From an uncultured Pelagibacteraceae bacterium (GTDB lineage Bacteria; Pseudomonadota; Alphaproteobacteria; Pelagibacterales; Pelagibacteraceae), in assembly GCA_902551445.1 (NCBI GenBank), contig CACDDB010000001.1, positions 1-62,440 of the forward strand: DNA of 62,440 bases, written 5' to 3'. Numbering within the stretch: the first letter of the stretch is position 1; every line of letters starts with the position of its first letter. The position numbers were made by a program, and so were the translations under genes. Below are positions 18,289 to 27,804 of this stretch, piece by piece. Under the pieces are notes generated by a model, which searched no databases, was not told where the DNA came from, and saw only the letters and a program-made list of their open reading frames with translations.

Positions 18289-19760
18289 TAAACTAAGGTT
18301 TTTCTAATTGCTTGTTGCCAACCTTTCAATAGCTTAGTACGGTTTGATTTGCTTATTTTTGGGTTGAATTTTTTATCTATTTTCCAATAATTTGAAATAT
18401 CAGAAAGTGATTTATAAACTCCTATTTTTAATCCTGCCATAAAAGCTACTCCTAAAGCTGTGGTTTCTTTAACCTTTGGTCTTATAACTTTTGTATCAAT
18501 TATATTAGATAAAAATTGGGAAAACCAATTGTTAGTAACCATTCCACCATCTACTTTAACAATCCTGGGTTTTAATCCATCTTTTCTCATAGACTCAAAT
18601 AAATCATAACTTTGATAAGCAACGGACTCTATCGTTGCACGCACCAGATCTTTCCAGTCACTTTTTCTTGTTAAACCGGTAATTAATCCACGAGAACTTG
18701 GACTCCAATACGGTGCCCCTAAACCGGTAAAAGCTGGTACGATATAGACGCCATCATTGTTTTCTTTTGATTTTGCAATTTTTTCTGTTTCATAAGCGTT
18801 ATTTATTAACCTAATTTTATCTCTTAACCACTGAACTCCGGCCCCAGCCACAAAAATAGACCCCTCTATTGCAAAAGTATTCTTATTATTTAGCCTGTAA
18901 CAAATGGTTGTGAGCAATTTATTTTTTGAAATCAATTTTTTATTACCAGTATTCATAATTACAAAAGCCCCTGTGCCATATGTACTTTTTACAGATCCTT
19001 TTTCAAAACAAGCTTGACCAAATGCTGCTGCTTGTTGATCACCTAAAACTCCTGAAATGGGTATTTTTTCACCAATAACTTTTTTACTAGTATATCCAAA
19101 ATCATCTGCTGAGTTCTTTACTAATGGTAATATATTTTTATTTATTTTAAAAATTTTTAAAATTTCATTATCCCAATTATTTTTATTGATATTAAAAAGC
19201 ATAGTTCTTGAAGCATTAGTAGCATCTGTTGCATGAACTTTACCATTGGTAAGTTTCCAAATTAAAAAACTATCAATTGTTCCAAATAACAATTGTTTTT
19301 TCTTTAAAAGATTTTTTGCCTTTGGAACATTTTCTAATATCCATTTGATTTTGGTAGCAGAAAAATATGGATCAATAAATAATCCCGTTTTTTTTCTTAT
19401 TAGATTTTCTTTTTTCTTTATTTTCTTACAATATTCTTCAGTTCTTCTATCTTGCCAAACAATTGCATTATAAACATATTTTCCTGTTTTTTTATCCCAT
19501 AGAATAGTGGTTTCCCTCTGATTTGTTATGCCAATTGATAATATTTTACCTTTTAATTTTTTACTTTTAACAAATACGTCTAACAAAACTTTTTTTACCG
19601 TATTCCAAATCTCACTTGGATTATGTTCTACCCAACCATTCTTTGGAAAATGTTGCCTAAATTCTTTTTGAGAAGTATAAATAGGTTTACCATTCAAACT
19701 AAATAAAATAGCTCTACTAGATGTAGTGCCCTGATCAATGGCAACAAGAAATTTTTTCAC
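18288..19760 (-). CDS. glpK: Glycerol kinase
   Basis: DQGTTSSR, GITNQRET, WQDRRT, GDQQAA, TYGTG, VDGG. Confidence 0.96.
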   Translation of the reverse strand: MKKFLVAIDQGTTSSRAILFSLNGKPIYTSQKEFRQHFPKNGWVEHNPSEIWNTVKKVLLDVFVKSKKLKGKILSIGITNQRETTILWDKKTGKYVYNAIVWQDRRTEEYCKKIKKKENLIRKKTGLFIDPYFSATKIKWILENVPKAKNLLKKKQLLFGTIDSFLIWKLTNGKVHATDATNASRTMLFNINKNNWDNEILKIFKINKNILPLVKNSADDFGYTSKKVIGEKIPISGVLGDQQAAAFGQACFEKGSVKSTYGTGAFVIMNTGNKKLISKNKLLTTICYRLNNKNTFAIEGSIFVAGAGVQWLRDKIRLINNAYETEKIAKSKENNDGVYIVPAFTGLGAPYWSPSSRGLITGLTRKSDWKDLVRATIESVAYQSYDLFESMRKDGLKPRIVKVDGGMVTNNWFSQFLSNIIDTKVIRPKVKETTALGVAFMAGLKIGVYKSLSDISNYWKIDKKFNPKISKSNRTKLLKGWQQAIRKTLV

Positions 19761-19764
19761 AATT

Positions 19765-21918
19765 TTAGTCTATGCCAAGATGTTTTTTTCTTTTTTCGAC
19801 CCAAGTTCTAATTAAATTATCAAATATTAAACCTATGAAAGCTACGCAAATACCAAGTGTTAATCCTTTTCCTCCACCAGCTTTATCTGATAAGGCTTTC
19901 AAAATATATTGTCCTAAATCTTCTGTTCCGATAAATGCACCTATAATTACCATAAATAGAGCAAATACTATTGTTTGATTTACGCCAAGCATCATATGAG
20001 GAAATGCTAAAGGAAATTCTATTTTGAATAATCTTTGTAATTTTGTTACACCTGACATTGTGGCTGCATCATGTAAAGCAGCTGGAACACTTCTTAATCC
20101 TTCAATGGTATATCTTGTTGCAGGAATAGTTGCATAAACAATTACAGCAATTAATACTGATGTATCTGTGACACCAAACAACATCATTACTGGAATTAGG
20201 TATACAAACGAAGGAAATGTTTGAAAAATATCACAAACCCCTAACATAAAATTTGTGGTATATTTGTTTTGTTGACATAAAGTTCCAACAATAAATCCAA
20301 TTGTACAAGATATAATAACGCCGAAAGTTGCCATATATGTTGTAACTAATGCTCTATCCCACCATGGACTTAGGGCTATAAATAACGTTAATGCACCAAC
20401 TGTAAAAGCTGAACGAATTCCACCAATTATATAACCTGCACCGACAACTAAGACCAAAGTAGCAACTGCTGGCATTCTTAAATACAATGCTCTCATTGGC
20501 TGAAGAACTTCCGTTATTAACCATGTATTAAATGCCTTTATGTACACAAAGAAGGTATCAAAAATCCAATCAACGCCTTTATTCCAGAAATCTGCTGTGG
20601 ATATTCCTTTATTATGAGGAACCTCATATAAATAATTAAAACCTTCTTTAAAGAAAAAAGATCCAGCTAAAGCGAGAATCCCTCCAACTACCACGGCTCC
20701 GCCAAAAAATATTGTGTTTTTGTAACGTTGATAGAATGTCAGGTTTCCAAAATAATCTGTTTGTTTATTTGCCCAAGCTAAAGACATTTTATCTAAAAGA
20801 ATTGCAATAAAACTAATACATAAGCCTGCTTCTAGAGCTAAACCAATATTTAGCTGATTTAAAGCTAACAACAAATTCCATCCCAGTCCTTTAGCGCCTA
20901 TAAAAGCTGAGATAACCGCCATAGAAAAACAAACCATAATGACTTGGTTAACACCAATTAGAATATCTCTTCTTGCAGTTGGAATTAATACCTCGGTCAT
21001 TAGTTGCCAATTACTACATCCGCTCATTTTACCAGCTTCAATAACTTCTGGAGATACGCCTCTAAGACCTATCAAAGTTAATAAGATCATCGGTGGAATA
21101 GCAACAACCATTGTTATTATGACTGCAGCGTGATCGCCAATGCCAAACAGTACCATTGCAGGAACTAGAACAGCATATTGAGGCATAGTCTGCATAACTA
21201 GAAGTATTGGGTATAATGCTTTCTCAACGCGTTTGCTCTTATAAGCCATAACACCTAAACTCAATCCAAAAATAAAAGAAAGTGGTGCTGCTACCAGTAT
21301 AAAAGAAAGCGTTTGCATTGAAGGTTTCCATTGACCAAACACTGAAATATAAATCATTACCAAACCAGCAAATATAGCCAGACCCTTGCCGCTTAATTTG
21401 TAAGCTAATATGGCTGCACCCGCGGCAACAATTGTCCAAGGTAGACCCGGTAATTTTGCCCATGGGTATGCACTTACAAAATTCCAACTAGTGAATGCTA
21501 CAATTGTTTCAACACCACCTAATAAAATTTCTCTAATAAATTCTATAAGAAATGTCATAAACGCTGTTATATTTCTTGATATTTGTAGAACTAAAGGTCG
21601 AGTTTTATATTCTTGTGTAGCTGAATCCCAAAACTCCATTGGCATCCATTCATTCAATAGGAAAAATAGGCCATCATTTATCCAAATAGGCAACCATCCA
21701 AGTAAAGGTGGTAGTCTCCAAAAATTATCAAACGCATAATACCTTACTTCTTTACCAAAAAGTATGTAAGTGCTTTGGTTTGGATCTTTAACAAACTCAG
21801 CCTGACCCCTTATAAACTTATAGGTTTCAGGAACATCAATTGCAAAACATAAAGCAAAAAATACAACTAGTAAAAATAACCACTGAAATAATTTTGGATA
21901 TTTTTTTAATAATTCCAT
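19765..21918 (-). CDS. tmoV: TMAO/betaine-type ABC transporter, fused double permease
   Basis: Two ProW-like halves (MQTMP.Y..L.P and FQTFPSFVYLIP; GVNQ twice); clustered with tmoX and tdm. Confidence 0.8.
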   Translation of the reverse strand: MELLKKYPKLFQWLFLLVVFFALCFAIDVPETYKFIRGQAEFVKDPNQSTYILFGKEVRYYAFDNFWRLPPLLGWLPIWINDGLFFLLNEWMPMEFWDSATQEYKTRPLVLQISRNITAFMTFLIEFIREILLGGVETIVAFTSWNFVSAYPWAKLPGLPWTIVAAGAAILAYKLSGKGLAIFAGLVMIYISVFGQWKPSMQTLSFILVAAPLSFIFGLSLGVMAYKSKRVEKALYPILLVMQTMPQYAVLVPAMVLFGIGDHAAVIITMVVAIPPMILLTLIGLRGVSPEVIEAGKMSGCSNWQLMTEVLIPTARRDILIGVNQVIMVCFSMAVISAFIGAKGLGWNLLLALNQLNIGLALEAGLCISFIAILLDKMSLAWANKQTDYFGNLTFYQRYKNTIFFGGAVVVGGILALAGSFFFKEGFNYLYEVPHNKGISTADFWNKGVDWIFDTFFVYIKAFNTWLITEVLQPMRALYLRMPAVATLVLVVGAGYIIGGIRSAFTVGALTLFIALSPWWDRALVTTYMATFGVIISCTIGFIVGTLCQQNKYTTNFMLGVCDIFQTFPSFVYLIPVMMLFGVTDTSVLIAVIVYATIPATRYTIEGLRSVPAALHDAATMSGVTKLQRLFKIEFPLAFPHMMLGVNQTIVFALFMVIIGAFIGTEDLGQYILKALSDKAGGGKGLTLGICVAFIGLIFDNLIRTWVEKRKKHLGID

Positions 21919-21921
21919 AAT

Positions 21922-22953
21922 TTAGCTGTTTTCTTTTCTTCCTCCAAAAACAGTATGAATTATTTTTGAAGGATGAACAGTTCCAACAATTTTATTATTT
22001 TCGTCAGTTACACCTACGGACTTTTCTTGTGATAAAATCTTCTCAGCTACATTTTCTATTATTTCGTCTTTTGAAACTTTTAGATTGCTTAAATTGTCTG
22101 AGGTTGGTGCATCCATTACGTCTTCTATTATTAAAACTTTTTCTCTTGGCACTTCTTCAGTAAATTTTTTTACATATTCAGTTGCTGGATTTAAAACAAT
22201 TTTTGCTGGGGTGTCCAACTGTTCAATTATTCCATCTTTCATAATTGCTATACGATCAGCAAGTTTTAATGCTTCATCAAAATCATGGGTTATAAACATG
22301 ATTGTTTTTTTTAATTTTTCTTGAAGTCTTAAAAATTCGTCTTGCATCTCCCTTCTAATTAATGGGTCAAGTGCAGAGAATGGTTCATCTAAAAACCAAA
22401 TATCGGGTTCTACAGCTAATGATCGAGCGATACCTACTCTTTGTTGTTGTCCACCTGAAAGTTCTCTTGGAAAATAATTTTCTCTGCCATCAAGACCAAC
22501 AAGTTTAACCATGTCCATAGCTTTATTGATGCTTTTCTCAGTCTCTATTCCTTTGATTTGAAGTGGAAAAGCAATGTTTTCCAAAACTGTTTTATGTGGA
22601 AGTAAAGCAAAACTTTGGAAAACCATTCCCATTTTGTTTCTTCTAAGTTCAATAAGTTCTTTTTCTTTTAATGAAAGCAAATCTTGGCCTTCTATATAAA
22701 TTTTTCCACCAGTCGCATCTGTTAATCTTGATATACATCTTAATAACGTAGATTTTCCTGAACCAGACAAACCCATAACAACTAGCATTTCTCCTTTTGC
22801 AACTTCAAAGGAAGCATTGTTCACGCCTACGATACATCCATTTTCTTGGAAAGTTTTTGCGTCTACATTTCCATTTGCTTCTTGGAGCATCTTTTTGGCG
22901 TTCGCACCAAATATTTTGTAGACAGATTCACATTTAATTACAGCGTCAGTCAT
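21922..22953 (-). CDS. tmoW: TMAO/betaine-type ABC transporter ATP-binding subunit
   Basis: GLSGSGKS, LSGGQQQR, DEPFSALDP (ProV-like). Confidence 0.85.
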   Translation of the reverse strand: MTDAVIKCESVYKIFGANAKKMLQEANGNVDAKTFQENGCIVGVNNASFEVAKGEMLVVMGLSGSGKSTLLRCISRLTDATGGKIYIEGQDLLSLKEKELIELRRNKMGMVFQSFALLPHKTVLENIAFPLQIKGIETEKSINKAMDMVKLVGLDGRENYFPRELSGGQQQRVGIARSLAVEPDIWFLDEPFSALDPLIRREMQDEFLRLQEKLKKTIMFITHDFDEALKLADRIAIMKDGIIEQLDTPAKIVLNPATEYVKKFTEEVPREKVLIIEDVMDAPTSDNLSNLKVSKDEIIENVAEKILSQEKSVGVTDENNKIVGTVHPSKIIHTVFGGRKENS

Positions 22954-23018
22954 TATCAATTAACAAGTTATACGATATTCAGTAAAATTAAAATCTATAT
23001 AATTGTTGTTTTCCCTCC

Positions 23019-23573
23019 CTAAAAATTTTTAATAAAATAAACTCTGGTATCAATACCTGTGCTTAAAAAACTTAAAACCTCTCCAGAAACCTTTGCTGTT
23101 TCGTTAATTCCAACATTGCTTCCGCTTACAGTATAGCCAGCAAAACATTTATTTTTCTCTTTGTCCCATTTAACAAATGTATCATCAATTTTATTACCGT
23201 TGATAGTATATAGTTCATAAGCTTTATAATTTAAAAAATGGGCAGCCATTATAGCACGTTGAGGAATAAGTTTAGTTATATTGCAAACTGCTTGGTATTG
23301 TTCTTTCGACAATCTATAATGATCAGTTCCATCATAAAATACTACAATGCCTGATGGAAGACTTGAAATCACTTCATTTACTTTTCGTTCTTTTTCAATT
23401 CTTTCCTCTTCTATTTTCATTTTTCTAATTAATTCATCGCCTCCACCCCAATAAATATTTAAAATAGCAAAAGATAAAATTACAAAAACTGTTATTGAAA
23501 CTAGGCCACCAAGTTGTCTTGCTGGTTCAGGTAACTCTTTTAATAATTTATTTAAATATTTGTTTTCTATCAT
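23019..23573 (-). CDS. Hypothetical membrane-anchored protein
   Basis: One hydrophobic helix, a coiled segment and a globular C-terminus; ATG at 23573 preferred. Confidence 0.65.
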   Translation of the reverse strand: MIENKYLNKLLKELPEPARQLGGLVSITVFVILSFAILNIYWGGGDELIRKMKIEEERIEKERKVNEVISSLPSGIVVFYDGTDHYRLSKEQYQAVCNITKLIPQRAIMAAHFLNYKAYELYTINGNKIDDTFVKWDKEKNKCFAGYTVSGSNVGINETAKVSGEVLSFLSTGIDTRVYFIKNF

Positions 23574-23581
23574 TATTTTAA

Positions 23582-23959
23582 CTACTCTTGTAATTTGCCG
23601 TTTTTCCAAATTCCTGCTTTTTGTTTACCATCTGACCAAGTAAATGTTCCTTTTCCATTCATAAAACCATTGGCCCATTCTCCTTCATATGTTGCACCAT
23701 TTGGGAAAGTTAAAATTCCTTGTCCACTCCATTCGCTGTTTTTAAATCCACCTTTGTAAATATATCCATTGGGCCAAATTTCTATTCCTTGGCCATTTTT
23801 TTTTGTTCCGGCCCATTCGCCTTCATAAGTTGTGCCATCTGTGGAAACCCATAATCCAAATCCGTCAGTGCAATTTCCTTCTTTACACCCTACTTTACGA
23901 GCTAAAGCCGAAGATGAAATTAAAAAACTTAAAAATATGATAAAGAGATATTTTTTCAT
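23582..23959 (-). CDS. Exported MORN-repeat protein
   Basis: Signal peptide; repeated Y.GEW.NG...G.G..TW.NG units. Confidence 0.88.
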   Translation of the reverse strand: MKKYLFIIFLSFLISSSALARKVGCKEGNCTDGFGLWVSTDGTTYEGEWAGTKKNGQGIEIWPNGYIYKGGFKNSEWSGQGILTFPNGATYEGEWANGFMNGKGTFTWSDGKQKAGIWKNGKLQE

Positions 23960-23984
23960 TCTTATATTTTACACGAAATAATAT

Positions 23985-24022
23985 AAAAAAAAATCCCCCC
24001 CAACAATGTTGGGAGAGATTTT
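23985..24022 (-). terminator. Rho-independent terminator after tmoX
   Basis: Minus-strand stem AAAATCTCTCCCAACA/TGTTGGGGGGGATTTT followed by a T run. Confidence 0.8.
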
Positions 24023-24050
24023 AATTTATTAGCTTTTACGCGCCCTATAA

Positions 24051-25016
24051 TTAATTCATCCACGCTTTCCAAACTGACTCATTGTCAGCTAACCATTTTT
24101 TAGCTGCATCTTCGTGAGTCATTTTGTCAAGGTCAACTAAAGCTGCCATTGCACCAATCTGTCCTGTAGAAAATGACATTTTCTTGAAAATTGCTGCTGC
24201 TCCTGGATGAGTTTTTGGAAAGTCTGCGTTAACAGCCTTTTTCAAATAACCATCTGGCGAACCACATTTACCGTCACCACCATCTTCTGGTCTGCAACCA
24301 GCTGTGTATGGAGGGAATTTTATAAATGTGAAACCAGCACCATCTGTAAAGTTTGGTGTCCAGTTAAAGATGATAGTTCCTCTATCTTCTTTTTTAGCTG
24401 CTTCTAACTCTGCCCAAAGTGCATCAGCACTTCCTGCAAATTTAACCCACCAAAGATCTCCTAAACCTAAAGCTTCAATTCTTTGAGGTATTAAATCACC
24501 GTGCCAAGTTTGTGGACCTTCTAACATTCTTCCTTTTCCATCTGAATCAGGTGTTACAAAGTTCGCTGCACAATCAGGATTTTTTAAAGCAGTCCAATCA
24601 GGTAGGCCTGGGCATTTCTCAGCAACCCAGTCAGGATATCCCATATCTTCAAGAGTTCTTGCTTCATGGTCTCCCCAATCAAGTATACCACCTTTGTCTA
24701 GAGCTGTTGTAAATGATTTACCAAAAGCAGATTCCCACACTTCATGTGATATTGTTACATCACCTATACGAATTGATTCATATACAGCTTGAGAGTCAGC
24801 TGGAACATATTTTACATTGTTACCATTGGCTTCAAAAATACCACCTATAACGTAAGCCATAACTACTTGGCTAGACCAGTTATGAGTTGGTATTACAATT
24901 GGTTCTGCACTATCGCCAGCTTTCTTTGCAGTTTTATCTCCCTGCATAAAGAAAACAAGTCCGATAACTACTAGAACTATGACACCGATTATTATCGGCA
25001 TATTCTTATTTTTCAT
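24051..25016 (-). CDS. tmoX: TMAO-binding periplasmic protein
   Basis: IPTHNWSSQ, HEVWESAF, FNWTPNFTD; divergent from tdm. Confidence 0.85.
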   Translation of the reverse strand: MKNKNMPIIIGVIVLVVIGLVFFMQGDKTAKKAGDSAEPIVIPTHNWSSQVVMAYVIGGIFEANGNNVKYVPADSQAVYESIRIGDVTISHEVWESAFGKSFTTALDKGGILDWGDHEARTLEDMGYPDWVAEKCPGLPDWTALKNPDCAANFVTPDSDGKGRMLEGPQTWHGDLIPQRIEALGLGDLWWVKFAGSADALWAELEAAKKEDRGTIIFNWTPNFTDGAGFTFIKFPPYTAGCRPEDGGDGKCGSPDGYLKKAVNADFPKTHPGAAAIFKKMSFSTGQIGAMAALVDLDKMTHEDAAKKWLADNESVWKAWMN

Positions 25017-25098
25017 AACTTACTTCCCCTTTCTTAATATATTAAGTGCCTAAGTATGTTCTTAATTAAAACTATAGTCAACAAGTGTTGGATATAAT

Positions 25099-27456
25099 AT
25101 GGTTGTCATTAAAAAAATGGCTGAAACAAGTTTTCATATAAAAGAGCCAGGATTGAATGTTTTACCACCTGGAGTTGAAAGATATGTTGTAAATGGCGGT
25201 GGCATAACTGGAATTCAGATTTTTCCTGATGATGAAATAGAAATAGTAAATAATGAAGGAAATCAAATTTGTGAGATTTCAGTTTTTAACAAAGATGGTA
25301 AGTCAGAAGCAGGAATTTTAAATCTAAAAGAAAGTAAAGACACATCAGAATTAAAAAAAATACTTTTGAGTAAAGATGAGAATTCGAAAATAGCTGCTTA
25401 CCAATTGAAAAAAAGAAATTTGGAAATTACAAAAGCTAAGGCCTCTATTGTTTTTGATAAAGATACAAGTTGGGGAGAAAAAGTAAAATTAAAATCAAAA
25501 GACAAATGTTATTGTATTTTTGGAGCCCCGGGTTCTGAAATGTTAGTCAGTGAACAAAACCCTCCTACTGATTTAACTATTTTTGTGAAAAGAGCAAAAA
25601 TAACAAAAGATAAAGAACATAAAGTAATTCCAGATCCTATGTTTGATCCTCTTAATGAAACAAACATAGATCGCTCGACTGCTATTTCATTTCAAGTAAA
25701 AGAAGGTGACTATATTCAGGTTATTTCACCAACTGGAAGACAATGTTCTGACTTTGTGGCTTTTGACACAGCAAAATTAGATAAAAAAATTGAAAAAGGT
25801 TTGGATTGGCAAACAACAAGGACTTTTATGGCAAGTACTTTTCCTGGACCAGGATTATTTTCTAAATTTTATGATACTGATCATGAACCTTTAATCGAAG
25901 TAATTAGAGATACAGTAGGAAAGCATGATACTTTTAATTTAGCTTGTACATCAAAATATTATGAAGATGCGGGATACTTTGGTCATGCAAATTGCTCTGA
26001 CAATTTAAATAACTCAATGGAAAAGTTTGGAGTTCAAAAAAAAAGAGGATGGCACGCTATAAACCTTTTTTTTAATACCTCCGCTGGTGGATTAAATTCT
26101 GTTTTGTCTGATGAATCTTTTTCTAGACCTGGAGATTATGTAATATTTAAAGCACTTAAAGATTTGACATGTGGAACAACTGCCTGTCCTAGTGATATTG
26201 ATGCTTGCAATTCATGGAACCCTACTGATATCTTCGTAAGAACTTATGATAAAAAAAAAGAATTTACAAAATCTTTTGCATTTAGAATGAAAACAGACTC
26301 AGAAACAAAATTAACTAGAAATACTGGATTCTATGAAAGAACTTCTAAATTAACTAGAAATTTTGTTGATGCTAGAGGTTTTTGGTTACCTAATGACTAT
26401 ACAAAGCATGGTGTTATTAACGAATATACCGCTTGCCGAGAAAAAGCAGTTGTTATTGATTTATCTTCATTAAGAAAATTTGAAATCTTGGGTCCTGATG
26501 CTGAAGAGTTAATGAATTATACCCTTACTAGAAACGTAAAAAAACTTTCTGTAGGTCAAGTTGTTTATTCTTCGATGTGTTATGAAAATGGATCAATGTT
26601 TGATGATGGGACTCTTTTAAAAATGAGTGACCATGGATTTAGATGGGTATGCGGCGACGAATATGCTGGAGAGTGGTTAAAAGAACAAGCAAAGAAAAAA
26701 AATTACAAGGTTCTGATAAAAAATTCTACGGACCAAATAAATAACATTTCTTTGCAAGGGCCCAATAGCAGGAAAATTCTTGAAAAATTTATTTTTACAC
26801 CACCAACTCAACCTACTATTTCCGAACTACAATGGTTTAGATTTACTATTTGCAGAGTTAAAGATTTAAAAGGCATACCATTAATTGTTTCTAGAACAGG
26901 TTATACGGGTGAATTAGGTTACGAAATATGGTGTCACCCAAAAGATGCTCCTAAAGTTTGGGATGTAGTTATGGAATATGGAAAAGATGAAGGGCTAATA
27001 CCCGCGGGATTTGGAGCTTTAGATTTATTAAGAATTGAAGCTGGATTAATTTTATTTGGCAATGAATTTGATGGACAAGTAGATCCTTTTGAAGCTGGAG
27101 TTGGTTTTACCGTTCCTTTAAAAACTAAGACTGAAGATTTTATAGGAAAAAGTGAGTTAATTAAAAGAAAGGAAAATCCACAGAAAAAGTTAGTAGGACT
27201 TGAATTAGTTGGAAAAGAAAAGGCTAATCATGGTGATTGTGTCCATATTGGAAGGTCACAGGTAGGAATAGTTACAAGTGGCTGCATCTCGCCTACTTTA
27301 AATAAAAATATTGCTTTATGTAGAATTGATGTTTCTCATTCAGAAATAGGAAAAGAATTAGAAGTTGGTAAAATAGATGGTCATCAAAAAAGAATTCCAG
27401 CAAAAATTGTAGAATTTCCACATTTTGATCCAAAAAAATTACGAGTTAGATCTTAA
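25099..27456 (+). CDS. tdm: TMAO demethylase (DUF1989 plus GcvT-like aminomethyltransferase)
   Basis: GRQCSDF, HDTFNLAC, NCSDN, ACPSD in the N region; DDGT, SRTGYTGELGYE, LRIEAG in the C region; start may be ATG 25117. Confidence 0.88.
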   Translation: MVVIKKMAETSFHIKEPGLNVLPPGVERYVVNGGGITGIQIFPDDEIEIVNNEGNQICEISVFNKDGKSEAGILNLKESKDTSELKKILLSKDENSKIAAYQLKKRNLEITKAKASIVFDKDTSWGEKVKLKSKDKCYCIFGAPGSEMLVSEQNPPTDLTIFVKRAKITKDKEHKVIPDPMFDPLNETNIDRSTAISFQVKEGDYIQVISPTGRQCSDFVAFDTAKLDKKIEKGLDWQTTRTFMASTFPGPGLFSKFYDTDHEPLIEVIRDTVGKHDTFNLACTSKYYEDAGYFGHANCSDNLNNSMEKFGVQKKRGWHAINLFFNTSAGGLNSVLSDESFSRPGDYVIFKALKDLTCGTTACPSDIDACNSWNPTDIFVRTYDKKKEFTKSFAFRMKTDSETKLTRNTGFYERTSKLTRNFVDARGFWLPNDYTKHGVINEYTACREKAVVIDLSSLRKFEILGPDAEELMNYTLTRNVKKLSVGQVVYSSMCYENGSMFDDGTLLKMSDHGFRWVCGDEYAGEWLKEQAKKKNYKVLIKNSTDQINNISLQGPNSRKILEKFIFTPPTQPTISELQWFRFTICRVKDLKGIPLIVSRTGYTGELGYEIWCHPKDAPKVWDVVMEYGKDEGLIPAGFGALDLLRIEAGLILFGNEFDGQVDPFEAGVGFTVPLKTKTEDFIGKSELIKRKENPQKKLVGLELVGKEKANHGDCVHIGRSQVGIVTSGCISPTLNKNIALCRIDVSHSEIGKELEVGKIDGHQKRIPAKIVEFPHFDPKKLRVRS

Positions 27457-27804
27457 ATGAAAAGTACTACTGCTTTACTTGAATTTTGGGAAGAACAGAT
27501 GAAACAATCTCACACATCAAGTAATTATTTTTTTAGAAAGTCGCCCTCTCACTATCATATGATGCTTTTAATAATGGCTCATTATAAACATAATAAAAAT
27601 ATAACTGTTGAACAATTAAAAACAAGATTATTCAAAACTTCTAGGCCAAAATCGGCACTTATAATTAATGAAGCTTGTGAAAAGGGTTTCTTCTACTTAG
27701 AGAAAACATCAGATGACCAAAGAAAAAAATATATCAAACCTACTGGAAGTTTTGTGAAAGAATTTGAAGATTATCTAAAAAAATTAAAAGATATATCTCT
27801 TTAA
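27457..27804 (+). CDS. Hypothetical winged-helix (MarR-like) protein
   Basis: D.RKKYIKPT wing-like motif after a predicted HTH; abuts the tdm stop. Confidence 0.55.
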   Translation: MKSTTALLEFWEEQMKQSHTSSNYFFRKSPSHYHMMLLIMAHYKHNKNITVEQLKTRLFKTSRPKSALIINEACEKGFFYLEKTSDDQRKKYIKPTGSFVKEFEDYLKKLKDISL

